Of a stretch of 64,000 nt of DNA, positions 44,202-57,190 are shown in pieces (positions within the stretch are counted from its first letter, which is position 1; each line of letters starts with the position of its first letter). Made by a program: the position numbers and the translations under genes. The notes beneath the pieces are model-generated. The model worked only from the letters and a program-made list of their open reading frames with translations. It searched no databases and was not told the origin of the DNA. The DNA lies in NCBI GenBank assembly GCA_013239625.1, contig MU053652.1:4019902-4083901 (forward strand), written 5' to 3'. The DNA comes from Lama guanicoe. Taxonomy: Eukaryota.

Positions 44202-44455
44202 TCAGGTTCTCTGTTACATTAGGTTTCTCAGGGGTTCAAGATAGTAAGCCTGACTTTTCCTTTATAAGGCACTTTCAGAGGCAAATGCTCCAGTGTTTGA
44301 TTCCCTCCATCCCAGTTCTCCTTATCTAGTCTCTCTTCCTGTTTTTCTTGTCCTTCTAGACCCACTGGAGTTTACTCCCTCCCCACAGTGTTTCCTGAGC
44401 TCAGATTTCTTTATTACAAGTATTCTTCACAATCACACTGAAATTTCACAAACTA

Positions 44456-44725
<270 letters not shown>

Positions 44726-47700
44726 TTAAAGCTCCAAACCATGAGTGAACTGAGGCTTTTCTAGTCATCCAGCATCATGTAAATTTTCCCATTTGGTAAA
44801 CACCTAAGTGGCACCAAGGAGCTCTCTCGGTCATCTCCTATGGAAAGTGCTATTACCCACAAGTCAGAAAGAGGAAGCTGAGAGAGGCTGCCAAAGACAT
44901 TCTCGTAGGGTAGCATTAACTTGGAATCTAGAGCTAACTTCATCTTCAGAACATGCAGAAGTCCTTGAACATGTAAAAAGAGAGGTTACACCACAGGAGC
45001 AATAGGTTCAAGTTCTTAATGCAAGATCATGGTCATTAACCTGTGGGTTTCTGGGATCCTAGCTACCCTTCTCTGTTTGCTGCTTAAATGCTTGATGTCA
45101 TTTGTATTTTAGTACAATAACTGAACAGATAAGTCCTAGAAAACAAGGAACCCATGGGAAAGTAATGAAGAACCACACAAAAAGTGTTTGTCCGACAAAA
45201 CAAGAGCTTTCTTTTTTAAGACTGGCTCTGATGAGACTGAACTATGCCTGCCAACCCAATTAGACATTGACAATGAAGCATTCAGTGTGCTCTCCCTTCT
45301 TGCTGGCCTCAGTGGGTCCTGCACTAGGCATTTTAGATTCCCAAAGAAGCGGATATATTTTCTTTTGGTATAACTAAATGCTCTGATGACTAATCCATTT
45401 AGAAATACACACTAGAGGGTAGAAGGTCTAAGACTTTTGATTGTGGCTAACAGGCAGCTGCTGCTATTCCCGTATTCGGCTGAGGTCTTCTTAGTCTTCA
45501 TATAATTCTGTAGTTGCTAATCATTTGCTGGATGGTTTCAAGTAATTTCTTTCCTTAATTTATGTTTAAGTTTCTGACTTAAAGTTTAAGTACCTAAGTA
45601 GTCTTCAAGGTTTGCTGGGAGGAAGGTTGAGGGACTTAAAGCACTGTCTATAAAGCATTATACATCTCTCAGTGAGATAAAAAGTACTTCCAACACTTTT
45701 AAGGGGAGAAAGCTGCAAAAGCTCAGAGCTCCTATGGTTTCTGGTGCTCTGATCTACTTATACCCAGAGAATTAAGGCATTTCTGGGATTTCTCAGTAAA
45801 TGGTCTATCTCTGGGAGGGCTGCAAAAGGCAAGTCTGACCTTGCCCGGTTAATCAGGCATGGCGCTACAGAATGCTTGGGCAGCAGGGGCCGAGTGTCTC
45901 TCTTGGAGCTGGAAAACTGCCCTAGAGCAAAGTCCCAACACGAGGCAACAAGAATGAACATGGACACCAGGGGAGGTGAGGGAATTAATAAATCCCCAAA
46001 GGGACTTTTGTTCTTTAAAGGAGCTAATCTGTACAAAACGTCTATGGGTCTCCCTCCTAGGGTTAGTAAGAGCTCAAAGTACCTTTGGCAGCAGAGCCCA
46101 AAAACAGTTTCCTGGGCAGTCATCTGTTTCACTAATCAATACTCAGAAATAGCTTATGAGTTGGAGGTTTAAGGGAACCACGATTCTATCACCTGAGAGA
46201 AGAAAGGTAACAGCCACCCCTAATCCTGATCCAAATTTATAGGAAAATTGCTTTTGAAGAAAGTGTTCACATTTAGAATATCTACAATTTCAAATCCTTT
46301 TCCAGAGCCATGATGATTCTGATGCTCCACAATGGCCATTTAAATCTAGGGGTTATGTGTTTTGGAGCAAGACAGAATTTGGTTGAAGTCTCCATCTCTG
46401 TTTCTGGGTATATAAAGTAGAGGTGACTCTAGAACCTGTTTCATAGGGTTGTTAATTCATTCATGGATTCAGTCATTCACACAGTCAGTTATTCATTCAA
46501 CAAATTTTTATTACACATCCACTATGTACCAGGCACAGTCTAAGTGCTGGGGTTACAGGACAGATACGGATTGTCTTTGCCTTCATGGAGTTTTCAGTCT
46601 AGAAGGTGAGTCAGACATGAAATAACTAATTATAATATTAATTATTTAGAGGGTTTGTTTCCACATGATTATAATACGTGCTATGAAGCAGACTATACAC
46701 TAGGCAGACATGACTTGTCAGAGTCAAGTTGTTGAGAAAATTAAATAAGATAATGTAAGTAAAGTGCTTAGTGCAATGCCTGGCATAAAGTAATTAAGCA
46801 TTCAAATTATACCTGATATACTTATTGGCTTTTGTACATATTTTTAATTCAATGCCAGATATTACATCATTAAAGGTTCTTACTCAGCTTTAGGATATTG
46901 AGTGAGAAAGGAATGACATACACACGGTATTATTTAGCAGTTTCTTTTTTTTCCTACCTCTGTCATCTACTGACTTATCCAAGCAGCAGGTGGTTGGCTG
47001 GCAGTGATTAGAAAGGTTGAGACTGGAGTCCTAACTACCCAGAATAGCTCTCCTCTCCTATGCCTCTTCAGCAACAAAGGATGAGCCAGGGAAAAAAAGC
47101 CAACCAAACAACAACAACAAAAGTCCCCAAAATTCCTCTTAAGAGAAGTACTTCAATTTTTGGCTTGACTTGTTCTCTTCCTACTCAAAGAACAAAATTA
47201 TTTGTATTATTTCCCTATTCTAAAAGGAAAAAATGGTATTTTCTTTTCTCAATGGTAGTCAACTGGTTGTAGTTAGTTCAACCAATGCTTTTCTTTGAGC
47301 CAAAATGGATTTGTTTCCAAGACCCTTTATACAGACCTGTTATCAGGTAAGAACCAAAAGTATCAGTTGTCTAGACTGGACTAATATGTGAATGCAAAAT
47401 GGCTGAGAGACCCAGACCAAGAAAGTATTATTTTTGCAAACACAGTAGATTATTCCTGAACTAACATGACATTTATTTTTGGAATCCATAACTCATTTCT
47501 GCCACTATATTTAAAGTAGGATATTCATGAAAATGGTTGAGATAGCATTAAAAAATTCTTGCTAGGAAAATTTAGAGAAACCCAACACATATGTATACAC
47601 ATGCCTGAATAGTTTCTAAAGTGTTTGTAATTGTCAGTACACTCTGAAGCCCAGAGTTACAATTTAATTAAAAGTGAACAATCAATAACCACAGAAACCT

Positions 47701-49009
47701 ACTGAAGCACAGCCCTGACATCTTAGCTCTAGTTCACCTCTAATTGGTTAAGTGAACAATTTTCAATTTATCCAACTGTATATTAGAGGGTCTAACAGAT
47801 CCTCTCTCTCCCATACTCTCCCCTTCCCCTAACTACCATGAGAAAAATCTTATGAATAAACGAGATAACAGAAAAGGGTCAATTTCTAGATAGAAGAATA
47901 ACATAAAGTACAAAATAACTTTACCATGGGATGTTCTCTTGTTTCATGATATCTCAGAATGAAAACAATTTGGTGAATCATTAATCCACAAATCTATCTC
48001 ATGGAACATGCACACATTTGCTCAGCAGCTGTGATACTGTGGGTAATTGCTAGGAGAAGCAGTCAGATTGCTGGTTGAATTAGTCCTATTAGACAATTTC
48101 AAGTCAGGCAATTCCTCTTGGGCCCAATCTACTCATTTGATAATGGAATAAGAGTATTGACCTCTGTGTCAATGTACAGTAGATTTCATTGACGACTATC
48201 ACTCTAGAAATATGCGAAAAGCTATGTTAGCAACCAAAATACAGACAAACAAACAAAACTTTGTTATTTGAAAAAATTTCAAGCTTTAGAAGAACCAATT
48301 ATGAACTGTGACACTTTAGACCTCTTTCCTTATCCTTAACCAATTAACTCACTGCAAAGGCAGCTTTTTCAGAAATACATCATTGAGATGATCTAACTTT
48401 GAAGAAGTCTCTTCTGTTCATTCGTTTTTATGAGGTTTTGTGCTTAGAGAAAGAGTTTTTAGAAGTTTGGTTTTTATAAAATAATTTCAGGGATTAACGT
48501 AGCCTTTTTCAACTTGGGTTTCACCAGAATTAAGCTCTAATGCCTTGAAGCATCCATTGGACGTATGAATTAACGTCTCTCTTATGCCTGTATCAGTAAT
48601 TCTGAACCATCCTTTGAAGAACTGAGAAAACAACCTTTGAAATCATTTTCTGTGTTCTGTGATTCACATGAGGAACCGGCTGCAAAGGCTGGAGGAGGTT
48701 CCTAAATAAAAGCATGACAGACTTTAGTGGCAGGAACATGAGGAAGGGAGTGTAGGCCAGCGCCTAAGAAAGGCTCCAAGTAACCTCAGCAAAACAAGCA
48801 CTTCGTACAGAAAGGTATCCTTTTTTTTGAAATGCCAGAAACCTTCTTCTAGCTGCTCACACACAGAGTATATCAGAGGTGTACACTCCTTCACAGAGGT
48901 GTAAAGTCGTTTAACAAGAATGTCTCTGGACGCCTTTCCCCTTATTTTAAAACAAAGGATCTGGCTGCAGCACTGAGAATAGATCGAAGAGGGGCAAGGC
49001 TGGAACTCA

Positions 49010-49240
49010 GCCGTTCAGTTTTTAAGACATGGGAGGGTTAAGATGCCTGTAAAATATCCAAGTGAAAGCACTATGGAGGCAGTTGAATATCTGGGTTTAA
49101 TGTACAGGGAAGAGATTTGGGCTAGAGACAAAATCCAAGAATCAAACATCAATACATATTTTAAACTGCGAGACTGAATGAGTTCACCTAGGGAGAGATA
49201 AACAGAGAAGAGAAGTCTTCGGGGCTCTCCAACGTTCATT
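49010..49240 (-). mobile_element. L2 fragment
   Basis: ggaggcagttgaatatctgggttt...gagactgaatgagttcacctagggagag. Confidence 0.6.
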
Positions 49241-51435
49241 TCTATAGTCAATTAAATGATAACATATGCTGAAAGGGGGTCCAAGTTCTCATTGACATGC
49301 ATTCGCACATCTTCTCATATTTAGAAAGCTGTGAGTAATTCTGTTATTCCTGGCTTTTCTCTTGATAAGTATGGAGCTTTTTCTGTATCACCTCGTATCA
49401 CTTTCCCATTCCCTCTGTTATGAACATCGCAGGCTGCAAGAGTTTTCCAGAATCACACAACAAATCACACATTGATCAAAGCCTAGAAGCTAGGTCTCTC
49501 CTAACTCCCAGCGTAAAACTCAAAGCAGCAGGCACCTCCATTCACAGTTCTAAAAGGGTTTGACAACTGTTCACATGGAAATAAAACAAGGTAACAGTGT
49601 GTGTGAGATGCTGCTGAAAAAAGAGCAAACATAATGAGGTTTCATTTTAAAAGCACTGAGTTTATGGAAATAACACTTCCTATAGATTATTTTGGATCAT
49701 ACCTAGAATATTATATTTATAGGTATAATATTTTGAAAGGACACTTCATCTGGAACATATCCAGATGAGGTTAACAAGGACAATGGGATGCCCTCCAAAT
49801 TAGGCAACCAAAAATGGTGATTTCTATTTCTAAGTAAAATCTTTACATTTCAGAGACAGCTAAATTACTAGATAAAGCAAGGATCATCCTATCATCTAAA
49901 AATGGTCCCAAAGAGACCAGATGGCCATTTTTGTCAGGGATGCCATCAAGGCAAGTCCAGCATCCACTGCAAAGCTAAATAATTGATCTTTAAGTTATTT
50001 TCCAAGTCCAGGATGTTTTGACTCCATGCTTCAAAACTTAATACCCTTAAATAGATATATAAGGTTGATTTTTTTTTTACTATAGAAATGGCAATTTCTT
50101 ATAGTTCAACCTAAAAGTCCAACTTTTCCAGGGTGACATCAGTCAATATTACTCACCAATGAGCTATCCCAAGTAACTATGCATTCTCTTGGACAACAAG
50201 GGTATCAAACTCACTCTTTTAGGTAAGTAGATACTTTGTAAGTACTCTCCCTGCATATATATATGGGTGTTTTGTAGGAAGGCAGGCTTTGCTTTTCTCT
50301 ATAGGAGCACAGTTGGAAATGTGGATCAAGTGTGTAGGGAAGAAAAGGAGCTAGAGTTAAAATTTACTGTTTTTATTATTTAGTATCAATCTTTAGATAA
50401 CATGCACAAACTCACAGTCTAAAATGTTCTACAATTCATATTTTCACAATTATTATAGTTTTCTGAATTATATTAACTGGTTCATGAATTTTTAACAGTT
50501 ACTGAGAATTTTTTTATATAATTTAATTATTTATTATTCTGCTGGTTATTTCAGCAGAATAACATAGGTACAAAATTTGGTATCTTTAGACAAAAATCCA
50601 TAGGGATTTATACCATGTGCTTTACATCATTCAGTTATTGTGGGGGAAATTTAAAGAAATGTAAAAAGTGTAAATAACAGTCCACCCAACCTAAAAGTTA
50701 CAGCTTCCCAAACAAGCTTTCTTCAGCTTTACATAACAAATGCTAATTTCTTAGTTGTGTGAAAAACAAATAAAATTTCAGGTCATGATGAACATTTTTT
50801 AATGAATATTATTATTTATAAGTTGAGACATAACTTGGACAAACACCCAGCTTCCTATCACATTCCTACATAAGAGCAAAATAAAACAGCTCCATATTAA
50901 ATCAGACACATACTGGACACTGTTACACAAATGGCCAGTGTTGACAAGGGGTCCCACATGTTGATACTCATTTGGCATTAAATGATAACTCAGCCCCAGG
51001 GACCACATATTGGAACTGACGCCACTGCAAAGGAAAGGAATAACAAGCAATACAATGTCACAGCTTAGAAGGAAAGGCAAAGGGCTCACTTGAGCTAGCT
51101 ACAATGATTTCATTGTTTCTTGGGGCAATTAAGGTTTCCCAGATGGAGGGATGGGGATCCTCTCTTTGATTTTCAAAGAATGGAAAAAACACAAGTCCCT
51201 ACACATGCTGTTCAGTGAAGGTCATCAGTGAGCAACATACTCCCATTCTCTGAATAAATCAGAATTCACTTTCCCTAGTCACCCTCTTCTGCCTTTATTG
51301 GAAGAGGCGGCCTCTGTTAGGCTCCACTCTGAATCCCCAAGAGAAATCCAAAGATTCGATCCAGAATTTTGGTCTAAATTTCGACTGAGAGTCCAAGTGT
51401 TTATTCCAAAGCACAGGCTTGATCGTGCTTAATTA

Positions 51436-51624
<189 letters not shown>

Positions 51625-53345
51625 CTAAGAAAAAGAACTCTAGTTTCATAAAGGGAAAGAACCTCCATTGTGAGACAGCAATTCAAGGCTTGTAGGAACT
51701 TACCTTCCTTCCCAGCTGATCTGATTGTACCAACCCGCGTTTGGAATGTTAACATTCTTCTGAGAGAACGATTTTTCATTCTTTACCTACTCTGTTTCTA
51801 TCAAATTTAAATCTTTGATCCACTCTCTCACTATATACATTTTGCAATAAAAGGGAATGTTCTGGTTAAAATAAATTTTTAGAAAGTTAATTCATATCCA
51901 GAAATCCTTTCTATGGTTTCACTGAAAATTAAAGCTGGAAAGGACCTCCATATATCTGGATAAGAAACTTCAAGGTACAGAAAGGTAAAATGACTTGCCT
52001 TCAGGTTTTAAGATTCTCAGGAAATGGTATGGTATAATGGAAAGGGAGAAAAAAAAAGCTTTCTACTCATACAGAACTTTCTGGAACTGCATTCAAATCC
52101 TGGCTATGCCACTCGTTAGCTATGTAACATTGGTCAAGATACTTTTGTGATCCTCATTTTTTCATAAATACAACAAAGATACTTCACAAGTTTTAGAGAG
52201 GGTTATATGAAATAACGTGTGTAAACTATGAAACTCAGCAGGAGATTCAATTAATTCACCCCTACAAAACAAGTTTATATTGTTCTTGTAACTCTTGCAG
52301 GTAGTCAATCTAGCTTTTTAAAGGTTTCCTAAAATGTATTAATAAGCTTTTTGGTACTAATAAGTAAACATTAATTTATTATTTTTAATATTTGGTATCA
52401 AATACTAAAAGCTACAAGATGATCATTTATTAACTGTAACAGATGTAGAAGGAGTAGATGACTGGACTGAATAGGTATACATCTCAGTACAGTGGAGGTT
52501 GCATTTTGGAAGTTCCAGCTGACGCTTCATAACACATTACAAATCAAAGCTCATATCATTTATTCAAAAAATACCTTTTTTTCTCTTTTTCTCTAATTGA
52601 ATGTTTGCATAATTGCTTAGATTGGATCAAACTGGCATGGAGGCAGAAAGGATCAAAGATCTGACAACTGGTTCTGCCTTTCATGAGAAAAAGATGGGCC
52701 CTTGATGGGCAGAAGACAGATACAGCACATCAGAACGAAAGCAACTGTTGGCTACATTTCCTGAAGTTAGAGGTAACCATTGAGTCATCTGAGTATTCAG
52801 ACAAGGAGAAAAGTGCCAAATCGAATTAGCTTAGCATATCTTTTAGGGGAATTCATAGCATTTTCATAGCTATAACAACAAATAAAGCCTGTGTAGTACT
52901 TTAGAGACTGTAAATTGTTTCCAGCAATAGGAAAATTCATTGGATTAGAAGCTTTCCGCAAAATGAAAAATGGCAAAGTTAAGTATTTTTTTTTTGAAGT
53001 AGCAGTGTATTCCAAAAAAATAAAGCCCTGTTTCTCTGCACTCCCATGGAACGTACGTGAACTTCCATTTACTTCTCCTATCCCAGCACTTACCACCCTG
53101 AATATAACTACCTACCTGTATCCTGTGCAAACTAGGCTCCATAAAGGCAAGAACTGTGTACCTTATTCACACTTATATCCTCAAGCACAAATGCCTGACA
53201 CACGGTAGGCAACCATGTGCTGAAACAGTGAATCTGAAGTAGCCCACTCTATTTGCAGGCTGTACTTGGTTGAATATTAAGTAAATATGGTAACCATAAG
53301 CCAAGTCTAAAGTTAAAAGAATTCTTAAGGGCAAAAAAAAAAAAA

Positions 53346-53756
53346 GTCCATCAACGGATGACTGGATAAAGAAGATGTGGTATATTTATACAATGGAATA
53401 CTACTCAGCCATAAAAACCGACAACATAATGCCATTTGCAGCAACATGGATGCTCCTAGAGAATGTCATTCTAAGTGAGGTAAGCCAGAAAGAGAAAGAA
53501 AAATACCATATGAGATCGCTCATATGTGGAATCTAAAAAACAAAAACAAAAACAAATAAACAAACAAAAACAAAGCATAAATACAGGACAGAAATAGACT
53601 CATGGACAGAGAATACAAACTTGTGGTTACCAGGTGGATAGAGGGTGGGAAGGGATAGACTGGGATTTCAAAATTGTAGAATAGATAAACAAGATTACAC
53701 TGTATAGCACAGGGAAATATACACAAAATGTTATGATAAATCACAGAGAAAAAAAT
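53346..53756 (+). mobile_element. Young 5'-truncated L1: intact ORF2 C-terminus and 3'UTR, running into an assembly gap
   Basis: 53348-53536 reads PSTDDWIKKMWYIYTMEYYSAIKTDNIMPFAATWMLLENVILSEVSQKEKEKYHMRSLICGI* without interruption. Confidence 0.92.
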
Positions 53757-53810
53757 NNNNNNNNNNNNNNNNNNNNNNNNNNNNNNNNNNNNNNNNNNNN
53801 NNNNNNNNNN
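53757..53810. other. Assembly gap (54 N)
   Basis: Run of n. Confidence 1.
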
Positions 53811-55024
53811 TACAAGTGCATTGGACTTAAAATTCACTTTATAGCAAGAACCTTCAATGAATTAGTAGACTGTTTAAATAGTTTTACCTGTGGTGAATTG
53901 TTTAATAGGTGTAAAAAAATATTTTAATGTTTTGTATCACCAACTCAAGCTGACCAAGTAATTTGAAAAGCCCATTAAAAGTCTTTATGAGGAAAAAAAA
54001 AAAGTTGGGAAGGGGGAAAGGGTGGGTGAGAAGATGGGGGAGGGGAACAGCAGTCAAGCTCAAATCCCTGGCTTCCATTTCACCAACCAGTTCAAGACAG
54101 TATGTCATTTTTCTTTTTCTAGAGGCTCATCTAGGAAAAGAAATAGTCCTTGACTTTCTAAAGGCCACATGAGTCACTAACTTCAGCAGTGCCTTTTTTA
54201 AAAAAAAGAATAACAGATAAACCCTGCCTCAGGTATGTACCACCCACTCGCACCCACCCACCACTAGAGGCGGCGGGTCAATCTACTTCTCTAGATTTGT
54301 AGGATCAGGGGTGGGTGGGCATACACCCGTTTACCCCAATAATACTAAACCATGTAGCCTTCTAGCTGCACCATCATCTCAAACCAGTTTCCTTAAACTG
54401 AATTCTCTTCTCTGTGAAGACTTCTCCACAGCAATTACTCTTAACCAGGTCAAGTTCAGGCTATCTTTTGGCACTAAAGAATGTAGGCTTTCTCCTCCCA
54501 GAGACATGGGGTTCTGAATCTTGTTTACTTTTTGGACACTGAACTCAAATTTCTTTAAGATTGAAGAATATTAGAAAGAGACTAATATATAGAATAAGTT
54601 ATACAATTTCCTCAAGAAATAAATGTTTATCTTTTACTGACAACCAGAACACATGGTTTAAATAGGTCATCCCTGTTGCCCACCTTCCCTCACCAGTTAC
54701 GTGCCATTACATTCTTTACTCTTCCTTTGTAAAACAGTAATGTACCCACCCCAGTTAGGGTACTCTGGTAGGCTCTACCCCTAAATTTCCTACCTTGTTT
54801 GAAATCAAAGAGTCCTTCAAGGTAACCCTCCTTATCCATTTCAGAGAGAATTGCCTATTCCAGCAGGCATCAAGGCACGGAAGGGAAAGAGACTGCTAGG
54901 AGAGGGGCAGCTCACCTTATACCAGAAGAAGGGACGAAAGCGGGAAAGGAGGGAAAGAGCAGCTGGCTTTTTACAGTAATGGCTGTAGCGGCAGCAAGAC
55001 TGGTAAATAAGAGCTTAGCCTCAC

Positions 55025-55081
55025 CTGGGCTTTAATCCCAAAGTTGCCATTGACAATGTATTTCTTCTTGTTGCTCAGCAT
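55025..55081 (-). CDS. AHCYL2: AHCYL2 alternative N-terminal exon MLSNKKKYIVNGNFGIKAQ
   Basis: ATG at 55081, donor CAG|gtgagg, phase 0, in frame with exon 2 (508-509 aa product); resembles a recalled short Long-IRBIT variant N-terminus. Confidence 0.85.
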
Positions 55082-55428
55082 AGTGACATTACCAGCCCTA
55101 CTGCCACCTCTCCAGTCCAGGGACCCTTGTGGCTAGGCCTTTAAACTTTCCTCATCAGCAATTCTGTTGGCTCTGGTTCCAGCTAGCTTTTTTTTTTTTT
55201 TGGTGTGTGTGTGTGGGGTGCCTACCCTTCCCTGGAAATCCTGAAGCAGCTCCAATAGCCCCTCCAGCAGTAGAGCCCAATTTAATAAGGCATTTCTGTT
55301 AGTGGCTCATCAGCCATTCCTAATTCTGCTGGCTGTTTTGTTTTTATTTTTAATTTTTTTCCTAAATACCCAATTACACAGATCCTCTGACCTCTAAACC
55401 TTAACAAGTCCCTCGACAAGGCCCAACT

Positions 55429-55459
55429 TGCATGCGCATAACAATAGCTTATTTATATA
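55429..55459 (-). promoter_or_regulatory. Candidate internal promoter: TATATAAA plus NRF1-like TGCATGCGCA
   Basis: Minus-strand TATATAAA at 55452-55459; tgcatgcgca at 55429-55438; about 350 bp upstream of the MLSNKKK start. Confidence 0.4.
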
Positions 55460-56194
55460 ACCGGTGCACTTTTTTACCTGCTATAATTAACTTGCTAATT
55501 AGGTTCCTTTTTAACCTTACCTCCTCCTTTTTCATGTCAGATGACTTTAGTTAACCTAGTCTCATTGGAAAAAAATTAACTACAGAGCCACTAAAACAAT
55601 GAGGGAATTTATTAAGACGGTAAGGAAAAAAATGGTTCCAAGTGCTCAGGCAGCCTGTACCTTATACTCTGTGTCCTTGAGTTAGTTAGACTGGGGACAC
55701 TGGTTTTAGCTCTGTCACCAAGGAAATCAACTTTCTGAGAACATTGCTTTACTCTTAATTATGCATCTTTTATACAGGTTTTGACATCTGGTTTCTAGTT
55801 CCATCTCAAGATTGTTCCTGATTGGGTGTTGAGTGATCTGCTTGCATTTTTCAAAAAATTTTTTCAAAACCCGTGTGTGTCACAGAAGGTGTGACTGCAA
55901 TAGGGAGTTTCTTATTTCCTCAGAGCCCCTAGAATCATAATGACCTTGTTACATATCAAACAGAGTCAAATGAAAGGGCAAAGAATCACAGTTGTTGGTT
56001 TCTGAAAGGGACTCAGTGAAAAGGAAAGCTACATTCAACCGTATGCTACAGAGATTGGGGTGGGAATGTGATTTGAATTCCTTAAAAAACAAGAGCTTGT
56101 TGAGCATAAGAAGGAGCATAAAATTGTAGATTCTTTTTTTAGGATAATCTTTATGTTGAGAGAAAAGGTCTCTGGAAGAACAGAATAAGGGGAG

Positions 56195-56422
56195 GAGAAC
56201 TAATATTTACGAAGTGCCTATTACGCCCAGCCCTGATATATGTTGCTTCCGTTAATCAGTATAAGAATCTTAAAAAATAGGCTTCATTACCCCATTTGAC
56301 AAATTAGGAAAGTACAGCTCTGAGAGAACAATGATTGGCCTGAGGTCTCACAGCAAGTAAGTGGGACCAGAATGTGAGCCTGCGTTTATGTCAGAGCCAA
56401 AGCTCTTTCCACTACACCACAC
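56195..56422 (-). mobile_element. MIR SINE
   Basis: cattaccccatttgacaaattaggaaagtacagctctgagaga...gaggtctcacagcaagtaagtgg. Confidence 0.7.
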
Positions 56423-57059
56423 ATTACGATATCGATCAGAGGACCCAAAACTCCCCCGGTCCTAATTCTGTGGGTACGTCTTTCCTCTTAATTTATCTTA
56501 AATTTATTTAATTTAAAATTACTCCTTAAATTTACTTTCTTAACAGATTAGGTCTCAGAAATGACATCATCCCAGATAATCTTGGGGCTCTGATCAAACC
56601 ACAATTCTGAAATGGCTAAATCATATAAGAATTTGAACTCTAACAGCCCCTTAACTGGCAATTTTGCCCAAGGCCACTACCAAAAATTGAAATGGAAATG
56701 AACTGATCCTGGGAGATGGAATGTTCACTATCACCCATGATGATCTTGATCTCCTGTTCATAATTTCACAAAATGAGATGAACTGATATTTTTCTGCTTG
56801 CTTGATGAGTCTCTAAACTTCTGCTCCTCCTAACCAAGCATGTTCACCCTAATACAACTCTCAGCTGGTTCCTCATTTTCCGCATTCAGGGGAAAAGGAA
56901 CTCCATGGCCTACTGGCTTCAGTCACTAGGCCTGAGTAGAGGAACATGCAGATCTATATCAAATACAACCAGGAGACATTAGGAAGAGCCTTATCACTTA
57001 ACAACTTCATCTAACAAACTACTTTTCAAATTTTAGCTGCATTATTTTATTAAAATAAA

Positions 57060-57190
57060 ATGCACTGTTAGGCCCTACCCCAGAGTTTCTGATTAGCAAA
57101 TCTGGGTGGGGCCCAAGATTTTCCATTTCTAACAAATTTCCAGGAGATGCTGATGCTGCTGGTCTGGGGACCACACTTTGGGAACCACTG
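57060..57190 (+). mobile_element. MER5A-like hAT-Charlie MITE
   Basis: gggtggggcccaagattttccatttctaacaaatttccaggagatgctgatgctgctggtctggggaccacactttgggaaccactg. Confidence 0.85.
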
